Below, piece by piece: positions 19,474-26,873 of a stretch of DNA of 64,000 bases. Under the pieces are notes generated by a model, which was not told the origin of the DNA, searched no databases, and saw nothing but the letters and a program-made list of their open reading frames with translations. Location: the NCBI GenBank assembly GCA_963797275.1, contig CAWCOT010000005.1, forward strand, positions 407,344-471,343, in the 5' to 3' direction. The translations under genes and the position numbers were made by a program. The stretch comes from an uncultured Chloroflexia bacterium. GTDB lineage: Bacteria > Chloroflexota > Anaerolineae > Anaerolineales > UBA11579. The number at the start of each line of letters is the position of its first letter. The stretch's first letter is position 1.

Positions 19474-20418
19474 TTACGCCGTGAGCTTTTCGAAATCTGC
19501 GGGTTCGCCAAGATTTATACCAATTGCATCGGCGTCTATACGCTTGAGCAACCCGGTAAGCACGGAGCCGGTGCCCAGCTCAACAAAGGTGGTGAGGCCT
19601 GCTTCGCGCATAGCCTGGATGCTTTCGGTCCAGCGCACGCGGCTGGTGAGCTGCGCCTGAAGGTCAACATGCAGGGCGGCCGCATCCCGCATGGGAGCGG
19701 CGCTTACATTGCCGATCATGGGTATAGAGGGGTCCACCAAGGCGGCGGATTCGATGGCTTGGATGAAGGCTTTCTGGGCGGAAGCCATCAGGGGCGAATG
19801 GGCGGCAATGCTGACCGCCAGCGGCAGGGCGCGTTTGGCGCCGGCCGCCTTGGCCCCTTCCACGGCGCGTTCGACGGCAGCCTTGTGGCCGGAAATAACC
19901 ACTTGGCCGGGACAATTGTCGTTGGCCACCTGGGCTACTTCGCCGCCAGTGCTGGCCTCGCTGCAGATTTTATTCAGAGTGGGGATATCCAGCCCCAGGA
20001 TGGCGGCCATGCCGCCGGGGTTTTGTTCGCCAGCCTGCTTCATCAGTTCACCGCGGCGACGCACGAGGCTTAGTCCGGCGTCGAAATCCAGGGCGCCGGC
20101 GGCTACAGCAGCGCTCAATTCGCCCATGCTGTGGCCGGCCACAAAGGTCGGTTGGAATTCGGGCCGTAGCTTGTGGAAAACCCTCAGCGCGGCCAGCGAG
20201 TGCACGAACAGGGCGGGCTGGGTGTTTATGGTGTCGTTGAGCTCGGCCTCAGGACCTTCCCAGCAGATGCCGGAAAGCGAAAAGCCCAGCAGTTCGTCGG
20301 CCTGCCGGAAGATCTGGGCGGCCTCTGGGTAGGCGGTGGCCAGTTCCTTGCCCATGCCCGCTTTCTGGGAGCCTTGGCCGGGAAATACGAATGCGGTAGT
20401 GGCGGGAGTCAATTCCAT
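19474..20418 (-). CDS. fabD: Malonyl-CoA:ACP transacylase FabD
   Basis: FVFPGQGSQ...GHSMGELSA active-site blocks. Confidence 0.9.
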   Translation of the reverse strand: MELTPATTAFVFPGQGSQKAGMGKELATAYPEAAQIFRQADELLGFSLSGICWEGPEAELNDTINTQPALFVHSLAALRVFHKLRPEFQPTFVAGHSMGELSAAVAAGALDFDAGLSLVRRRGELMKQAGEQNPGGMAAILGLDIPTLNKICSEASTGGEVAQVANDNCPGQVVISGHKAAVERAVEGAKAAGAKRALPLAVSIAAHSPLMASAQKAFIQAIESAALVDPSIPMIGNVSAAPMRDAAALHVDLQAQLTSRVRWTESIQAMREAGLTTFVELGTGSVLTGLLKRIDADAIGINLGEPADFEKLTA

Positions 20419-20492
20419 ATAGAAATTGTAAACGAGAAAACAGGTACATTCTACAGGGCAAGAAGTTTAGAATCCCGGCAATATAGGTATCT

Positions 20493-20753
20493 ATGACCAA
20501 CAGCGATTTCCTTGGCGAATTGCAATCCCAGTTCGAAGCCTCCATGCTGGAGAAAAGAAGAGCAGAAGAACGAATTGAGAGCAAAGGGCAAACGGGCCAC
20601 GGCTTCCATCGTCAACGTGATGGATAGCGGCATCTGCGTAGGGACACCGCCAGGATCCTGCATTTCCATCTGAATGTGGAACCCGACGGCGTCGAGGCCA
20701 GCAGGTGTGTATTAACGCGGCAACCCGCCTCCGGCGCATTAGATCCGAAGTAA
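20493..20753 (+). pseudogene. Possible frameshifted small gene or pseudogene (unknown family)
   Basis: Three consecutive frame pieces read sensibly: MTNSDFLGELQSQFEASMLEKRRAEERIESKG | KRATASIVNVMDSGICVGTPPG | LHFHLNVEPDGVEASRCVLTRQPASGALDPK*. Each piece is below the 60-aa cutoff of the ORF track. Confidence 0.3.
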
Positions 20754-20807
20754 ACCCGACTTCAAGTGAGTGGCATAATTAAACAACAGATAGCTCGAGA
20801 GGAAATA

Positions 20808-21404
20808 ATGAAACATTCTCTGATTTTAGTTTTCACCCTGGCGTTGGCCGCCTGCGCTCCGCCGACGGCGCCTACCGCCACACCGCCGCCCGCTCCGGTG
20901 AAGGTCGTCACTGCTACACCCGCCACTCCTCCCGAGGCGGCGGCCGGCTTGTCGTTCCAGCCTGCGGTGTACCAGGACGATCAGGGCCGCTACCAGATCA
21001 GCTACCCTGCGAGCTGGACGGTGGAGGCTGCCGTGGCAGGCTCGCGCGGCAGCTATGTGCAGTTCACATCGTGGCAGCACGAGCCCGGCGGCTTCAACGA
21101 GGTCCCGGAAGGCGGCACCGTGATGCAAGTCACCATTTACCAATGGGATCCTAAGGGCGACCTAGCGGCTCGACTGGAAATGCGCCGCACAAGCTTTATC
21201 GATTCGGGCAATACGATATTGGAGGAGTCCCGGTTTGATGTCCCCGGTGGCCCCAGCGGGGTGCGCTTACTGTTGCAGAACGCGGACGGCAGCCTATCCC
21301 CGGTGGTGTTACTCACGCTGGGCAATGATTACTTGGAGCTCAGCGGCGAGGGCGACCAGACGCTGCTGGATGAAATCATGGGAACCTTCAGATACTTGAA
21401 CTAA
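20808..21404 (+). CDS. Hypothetical lipoprotein
   Basis: MKHSLILVFTLALAAC lipobox followed by a Pro/Thr/Ala linker. GAGAGGAAATA precedes the ATG. Confidence 0.55.
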   Translation: MKHSLILVFTLALAACAPPTAPTATPPPAPVKVVTATPATPPEAAAGLSFQPAVYQDDQGRYQISYPASWTVEAAVAGSRGSYVQFTSWQHEPGGFNEVPEGGTVMQVTIYQWDPKGDLAARLEMRRTSFIDSGNTILEESRFDVPGGPSGVRLLLQNADGSLSPVVLLTLGNDYLELSGEGDQTLLDEIMGTFRYLN

Positions 21405-21433
21405 GCAGATTGTCATTCTGAGGGAGCTTATCC

Positions 21434-21463
21434 AAAGGGCGCTTAAACAGTGAGCGCCCTTTA
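21434..21463 (+). terminator. Intrinsic terminator after lipoprotein gene
   Basis: AAGGGCGCT-taaacagtg-AGCGCCCTT followed by a T-rich tract. Confidence 0.7.
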
Positions 21464-21604
21464 TGTTTATATGCGACGAGGAATTCCTGAGCCCTTCTTA
21501 CTATTCCAGCCCTGCTTGAGGATTAGGCAGAGGCCGAGGAATTTCTCGGCGACTAACCTTTGCCTGCGTCAAGACAGGCTTCGGCGGAATGATAAGTTTG
21601 ATAA

Positions 21605-21632
21605 ACAAAAAAGCCTCGCTTGCGCGGGGCTC
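21605..21632 (-). terminator. Intrinsic terminator after rpmF
   Basis: The minus strand reads GCCCCGC-gcaa-GCGAGGC (one mismatch) followed by TTTTTT. Confidence 0.65.
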
Positions 21633-21660
21633 TTTGTTCTTTGCGAAGGACACGCGACGT

Positions 21661-21846
21661 CTATTCGCGTTCGATGTGCACGACTTCGCGGCCTTTATAG
21701 TAGCCGCAGCTTGGGCATACGGTGTGCGGAAGGCGCTGCTCGCCACAGTTGGGGCAAGCGACGGTGTTGCGGGCTTCGAGCGCGTCATGGGCGCGGCGGC
21801 GGTCGCGGCGGCCTTTGGACGTCTTACGTTTTGGAAGGGGTGTCAT
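21661..21846 (-). CDS. rpmF: 50S ribosomal protein L32 (zinc-ribbon form)
   Basis: [20 protein letters not shown]...[20 protein letters not shown]. Confidence 0.9.
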   Translation of the reverse strand: MTPLPKRKTSKGRRDRRRAHDALEARNTVACPNCGEQRLPHTVCPSCGYYKGREVVHIERE

Positions 21847-22129
21847 ATCTTTTCAGTACCTTATCTTGTGTTGGTCAAGCGCAATATTATACCTGAGAAA
21901 CTGTGAAAAACTTCTATGGTTCCAATGATCCTTGGCAGAAGTTTTCCTACCTGCCAACCTGTTCAAATCGAAGTTTACTTGAAAGCCAGCTTTCCCCACA
22001 ACTATCATGTGAGTGTGAAACCTCAACATGACAACGGCCTTGAAATTTTCCTAATATCCCGCTAAGGGGTGATAGGCGGTTTGTTCAGGTTTCTTCCACG
22101 CCCACTGGCGATAAATGCAAACTTGATGG

Positions 22130-23032
22130 CTAACCCCGGTCCAGCGTTTGGTCTTCCCAGCTAGCCGCGTCCTCCATGGCCTCCAGGTGAGTGGTCACAG
22201 TAAGGTTCTCCAGGCTGGCGCGCAGTTCGGCTTCCAGGCGCTCCAGCAGCCGGTGGCCTTGATGCACGCTCCAGGTACCAGGCACCAGCACGTGCACTGA
22301 AACGAAGCGCCGGGCGCCGGATTGACGCGTGCGCAGCGCATGGAAGCGCACCGATTCTCGCGTGTACGCATTCAGGATGGCATTGACCTTGGCAAGTTCC
22401 TCAGGTGGCAGGGCGGTATCCATCAGCCCCAGCGCCGAGCTGCGCAGAATGCGGTAGCCTGCCCAGGTGATGTTCATCGCAACCAGTAGGGCGATCACGG
22501 GGTCCAGCCAACCCCAGCCGCTGATGGCCACCAGGCTTACGCCCAGCAAAACGCCCGCCGAGGTCCACACGTCGGTGAGCAGGTGGCGGCCGTCGGCTTG
22601 CAAAGCGGGGGAGTCGTATTTGCGCCCGGCTCGCAGAATCACCAAGGCCGCGCCGAGGTTTACCAGTGAGGCTAGCACCGAGACGGAGAGACCCAGGCCG
22701 ATAGCCTCCAAGGGCTGCGGGGTGAGCAAGCGGCGGATGGAAGCCAAGCCAATACTGGCGGCCGCCAGCAGGATTAGTCCGCCTTCGACGCCGCTGGAGA
22801 AATATTCGGCTTTACTATGGCCGTAAGCATGCTCCTCATCGGGAGGTTGGGCGGCGATGGTCAGCACCACCAGGGCCATGATCGCGCCGGCCAGGTTAAC
22901 CAGCGACTCGATGGCGTCGGACAGCAAACCGACGGAGCCGGTGAGAAGATAGGCGGCGGCTTTGAGCCCGATAGTAGCCACGGCCGCGGCAATGGACAGC
23001 CACGCATAGCGTGTAAGGAAGGCGCGGTTCAT
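22130..23032 (-). CDS. Cation diffusion facilitator (CDF) family metal efflux transporter
   Basis: Six TM spans, [11 protein letters not shown] and HLLTDVWTS metal-site motifs, and a C-terminal cytoplasmic domain. Confidence 0.8.
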   Translation of the reverse strand: MNRAFLTRYAWLSIAAAVATIGLKAAAYLLTGSVGLLSDAIESLVNLAGAIMALVVLTIAAQPPDEEHAYGHSKAEYFSSGVEGGLILLAAASIGLASIRRLLTPQPLEAIGLGLSVSVLASLVNLGAALVILRAGRKYDSPALQADGRHLLTDVWTSAGVLLGVSLVAISGWGWLDPVIALLVAMNITWAGYRILRSSALGLMDTALPPEELAKVNAILNAYTRESVRFHALRTRQSGARRFVSVHVLVPGTWSVHQGHRLLERLEAELRASLENLTVTTHLEAMEDAASWEDQTLDRG

Positions 23033-23039
23033 TGGCTTA

Positions 23040-23070
23040 ATTATAGATTGTCGATCGGCTAATCGATTAG
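23040..23070 (-). promoter_or_regulatory. Putative leaderless promoter plus palindromic operator for the CDF gene
   Basis: Minus-strand TATAAT (23040..23045) lies 7 nt before ATG 23032. The perfect 12-bp palindrome CTAATCGATTAG (23059..23070) covers the -35 position. Confidence 0.4.
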
Positions 23071-23248
23071 GCAGTTAGTCGGGTAATCAATGGATAAATC
23101 TTGTGGGCGAAACAAATGCCATTAGCGTCAAGGAAATCAGGCAATCAGCTTGAGGCCTGCTAGTTCGGCGGCGAAAGTCCGGGCTTTATCTGGCTGGCTG
23201 GTAGATCAAAGGCCAACGATGCTGCGGTTTGCAGGTTTCATCCTTGTT

Positions 23249-24338
23249 CTAGCTATTCTGCCCTATCTGCGATCGAAGGTAGGCCTCGATGAAATCGTCT
23301 ATGTCACCATCCAAGACTGCCTGGGTATTGCCGGTTTCATGTTCAGTGCGGTGGTCCTTGACCATCTGGTAGGGATGCAGTACGTAGGAGCGTATCTGGC
23401 TGCCCCACTCAGCTTTCTGGTACTCCCCGCGCAGGGCGGCCAATTCCTTTTCAGCCTCCTTGCGTCGCACATCGGCCAGGCGAGCGCGCAGCACCTTCAT
23501 AGCGTTCTGGCGGTTCTGGGTCTGGGAGCGTTCGTTTTGTGATGTAGCAACCAGGCCAGTGGGTAGGTGGGTGATGCGAATGGCGGTGTGGTTCTTCTGC
23601 ACGTTTTGGCCGCCGGCGCCTCCGGAAAGGAAGGCATCTATGCGCAGATCATTGGGCTCAATCTCAACGTCGGCGTCTTCCACCTGGGGGAGCACTTCCA
23701 CCTGTGCGAAGGAAGTGTGACGGCGGTGAGCCGAGTCGTAGGGTGACAGGCGGACCAGCCGGTGTACGCCCTTTTCGGGTCGTAGGTATCCGTAAGCGTA
23801 AGGCCCTTCTACCGAGATGGTGACGCTCTTGATGCCGGCTTCTTCCCCGGGGGTTTGGTCCAGCATCTCGGTTTTGTAGCCGGAGGCTTCAGCCCAGCGC
23901 AGGTACATGCGCAGCAGCATGGAGGCCCAATCCTGGGCTTCGGTGCCGCCGGCGCCGGCGTTGATGGAAAGCAGGGCGTCCCCGGCATCGTACTCGTTGG
24001 AAAGCAGGGTTCGCAGTTCGCGCTGCTCGACTTCATGCTTGATGGCGGCAGCCTCCGTTTCCAGTTCGACCTGCAGGCTCTCGTCTTCTAACTGGGCTAA
24101 TTCCAGGGCGTCGGCGATGCGCGCTTCCAGGCTGCGCCAGCCTTCGATTTCATCGCGCAGGCCGGCAAGGCGCTTCATCAGTTGTTGGGCGTTCTGGGAG
24201 TTATCCCACAGGCCAGGGGCAGCGGCTTGCTGCTCCAGATCGGCGAGTTCGGCTTCTTGTTGGCCTAAGTCAAAGACGCTCCAGCAAAGCTTGGATGCGT
24301 TCCTGGGCCAGGGTCAGGCGGTCAATGAGTTCTTGCAT
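23249..24338 (-). CDS. prfB: Peptide chain release factor 2, with programmed +1 ribosomal frameshift
   Basis: Frame 0 reads MQELIDRLTLAQERIQALLERL then TGA (24270..24272). The slippery CTT TGA C is at 24269..24275 with GGAG 3 nt upstream. The +1 frame continues DLGQQEAELADLEQQAAAPGLWDN... to 23249. GGQ motif present. Confidence 0.9.
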
Positions 24339-24356
24339 GAGGTCCTCGTTGAGGTA

Positions 24357-24365
24357 ATTATAGCA
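24357..24365 (-). promoter_or_regulatory. Extended -10 promoter (TGCTATAAT) for prfB
   Basis: The minus strand reads TGCTATAAT, 18 nt upstream of ATG 24338, with GAGGA as the SD. Confidence 0.5.
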
Positions 24366-24406
24366 AGGGGCAAGCATAAAACTGCGCGAATGCAGAATCG
24401 AGTCGT

Positions 24407-24415
24407 TGCTATAAT
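24407..24415 (+). promoter_or_regulatory. Extended -10 promoter (TGCTATAAT) for moaC, leaderless geometry
   Basis: TGCTATAAT, then 6 nt, then ATG 24422. Confidence 0.5.
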
Positions 24416-24421
24416 CACCGC

Positions 24422-24905
24422 ATGGCCAAGCCAAAACTAAGTCATGTGGACGAGCACGGCAGCGCAGCGCATGGTGGATGTGGGCGACAAGGCGGTTACA
24501 CAGCGCCAAGCCGTCGCCGAGGGGGCTGTGCGCATGCAGCCGGAAACCCTAGATCTGATCCGCTCCAATTCGCTAAAAAAGGGCGATGCGCTGGGCGTGG
24601 CCCAAGTGGCTGGCATTCAGGCAGGTAAGCGCACGTCGGAATTGATCCCGTTCTGCCACCCGCTCCCTTTGGATTTCCTGGCTGTGGAATTTGAGCTGGA
24701 TGATAAATTGCCAGGTGTGCGTATTCTTGCGACGGCACGCAGCACGGGTAGGACCGGCGTTGAAATGGAAGCCTTGACGGCCGTTTCTGTGGCGGCCCTG
24801 ACCATCTACGACATGGCCAAATCGGCTGAAAGGGGAATGCGCATTGAGGGTATCCGCCTGGTAAAGAAGAGCGGGGGCAAAAGCGGTATTTACGAGGCAG
24901 AATGA
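24422..24905 (+). CDS. moaC: Cyclic pyranopterin monophosphate synthase MoaC; apparent 1-nt insertion near 24461..24470
   Basis: The frame from ATG 24422 gives [16 protein letters not shown] and the frame from 24444 gives ..[14 protein letters not shown]...[20 protein letters not shown]... Joined, they match the E. coli LTHINAAGEAHMVDVSAK spacing exactly. Confidence 0.8.
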
Positions 24906-25069
24906 CAGGCAAGGAAACTTGGAAGCGACGCGAGGAAAAACTGCGCAAAAAAAAGGAGGGCATGCAGGTGAGTGGACGCAGCGTTTTTACCTTGCAGGAG
25001 ATTATCCGGCACAAAGGAGAGGAAGCCAATAGGGAAAGAGAAGCCAGGCGAAAGACCAAGAGTGAATAA
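24902..25069 (+). CDS. Unannotated 55-codon ORF (Lys/Arg/Glu-rich) bridging moaC and moaDE
   Basis: ATG 24902 overlaps the moaC TGA (ATGA). Stop TAA 25067..25069 overlaps the moaDE GTG 25062 (GTGAATAA). There is an internal GGAGGG-N7-GTG. It is below the ORF-track size cutoff. Confidence 0.35.
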   Translation: MTGKETWKRREEKLRKKKEGMQVSGRSVFTLQEIIRHKGEEANREREARRKTKSE

Positions 25070-25766
25070 AGTCAGTGTGCTTTTCTTCGCATCCTTAAGG
25101 GATAAAGCCGGGGTGGCGCGAACTGAGTTGGAGATTCCCGCAGGCTCGACCGTGGCTTCTTTCAAACAAGTGCTGTTCGGTGCGTTCCCGAATTTGCCGC
25201 GGAGCTCTGCGGCCCTTCTGGTAGCCGTCAATAAAGAATACGCCTTTGACAAAGACACAATCCCCGCCGGGGCTGAAGTGGCGCTGTTCCCACCCGTAAG
25301 CGGCGGAACTGAATGGCCCACTATTTTCTCCGTAACAGAAAACGAGTTAGACCTAAACGCTTTGCTTTCGCAAATTACGCTGCCCAGCACGGGGGCGGCG
25401 TGCATATTCAGTGGCATGGTGCGCGCGGTTACCGAACGCGGCGAGGTCCACGAAACCTCACATCTGGAATACGAAGCGTATGTGCCCATGGCGGAAGCCA
25501 AAATGCAACAAGTGGCGGACGAAATCCGCCAGCGCTGGCCGAAAGTGGAAGGCCTTGCCATCGTCCAACGCATCGGCAAGCTGATGCCAGGCACACCAAC
25601 AGTGCTGATCGCCTGCAGCGCTGCCCATAGGGATACGGGCGTCTTCGATGCTGCCCGCTACGGCATTGACCGCCTTAAGGAGATCGTGCCCATTTGGAAG
25701 AAAGAAGTCAACCCTGAAGGACAGGAATGGGTGGAGGGTGAATATCTACCCGGCCGAGGAGATTAG
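25062..25766 (+). CDS. Fused molybdopterin synthase MoaD-MoaE (sulfur carrier + catalytic subunit)
   Basis: [17 protein letters not shown]...ALFPPVSGG is MoaD with its C-terminal GG. It is directly followed by a MoaE-like ..GAACIFSGMVR..LEYEAY..MA..IAIVQRIG....P.V.IA.SAAHR...F.AA.Y.ID.LK...PIWKKE. Confidence 0.75.
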   Translation: MNKVSVLFFASLRDKAGVARTELEIPAGSTVASFKQVLFGAFPNLPRSSAALLVAVNKEYAFDKDTIPAGAEVALFPPVSGGTEWPTIFSVTENELDLNALLSQITLPSTGAACIFSGMVRAVTERGEVHETSHLEYEAYVPMAEAKMQQVADEIRQRWPKVEGLAIVQRIGKLMPGTPTVLIACSAAHRDTGVFDAARYGIDRLKEIVPIWKKEVNPEGQEWVEGEYLPGRGD

Positions 25767-25771
25767 GCGCT

Positions 25772-26865
25772 TTGGCTATCTTTGAGTGTAATAACTGTCA
25801 CCGTGCTTATCCTCGGCGTGGCTTGCCTTATAAATGCCCGCATTGCGGAGGCATTTATGGGCTGGCAGGGGTTATTGATTTTCGCTCCGACGAAGTTAAT
25901 GCTACCTTGCCTGGCCTTTGGCGATATCGGCATACCTTTGGATTGCCCGAAAAGGCTCAAGCCGTCTTCCTGGGTGAAGGCGATACGCCGCTAGTCGAAG
26001 CAAAGGGTTTCGGGAAGCGCCTGGCCTTCAAATTGGAGTATCTGTTAATCCAACGGGATCATACAAGGACCGCGGAACGGCCCCGCTGGCCAGCCTGATG
26101 CTGGCGCGCGGCGTGCGCGAAGCTGTGGAGGACTCCTCTGGCAATGCTGGGTCCTCATTTGCGGGCTATGCAGCCCGGGCGGGAATTCATGCCCGAGTGT
26201 ATGTACCCAGCTATGCTTCGGGCCCCAAGCGGCAGCAGATCACCACTTACGGTGCAGAGTTGGTAGCCGTTGAGGGTCCGCGTTCCAACGCGGCCAGGGC
26301 GGTGGGCGAGGTTGCGGAGGCCGGAGCAGTCTATGCCAGCCATGCTTATCTCCCTTTTGGTTTGCCTGGAATTGCCACCATCGCCTACGAGCTGGTGGAG
26401 CAATTGGGCCAGATGCCAGGTTCCGTCGTGGCACCGGTAGGGCACGGAGGTTTGCTCCTGGGAATAGCAAAAGGTTTTGAGGCATTGGCAAGCGCCGGTA
26501 TAATTCCGGCGCAGCCGGTTTTGGTGGGCGTGCAGGCCAGAGCCTGCGCCCCACTTTGGGCGTTAGCGACCCAGGGGGTTGCCGGGCTGGCTTGGGTAAC
26601 TGAAGGAGAAACCGCTGCCGAGGGTGTGCGTGTGCGGCAACCCATGCGTGGGGATGCCTTGCTGGCCGCAGTGGAGGCTTCCCACGGGCGCTTTGTGGCG
26701 GTGGAGGAAGAAGCGATCTTGCCGGCCCGCGACGCGCTGGCATTAACAGGGTTATTTGTAGAGCCGACCTCTGCCATTGTGTGGGCAGCGTTAGGAGAAA
26801 TAGCCGCCGAATTGCCCGAGCCTATCGTGTTGATTTTGACGGGTTCAGGCTTGAAGGCTCTTTGA
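25772..26865 (+). CDS. Threonine-synthase-like PLP enzyme with N-terminal Zn-ribbon; apparent 1-nt deletion near 26045
   Basis: CNNC...CPHCGG is the ribbon. ORF 25772..26098 ends ..AFKLEYL, and the next frame reads NPTGSYKDRGTAPLASLMLARGVREAVEDSSGNAG.. (PLP-Lys motif), continuing in ORF 26098..26865. Confidence 0.75.
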
Positions 26866-26873
26866 GGAGTGAG

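Noticed and set aside
24339-24443. Moco riboswitch upstream of moaC.
   Set aside because: The spacer is only about 80-100 nt, is occupied by two promoters, and moaC appears leaderless. There is no room for the roughly 130-nt motif and I saw no conserved Moco-motif stems.
24890-25594. 234-aa minus-strand ORF across moaD-moaE.
   Set aside because: It is antisense to a clearly conserved MoaD-MoaE sequence and has no motif of its own.
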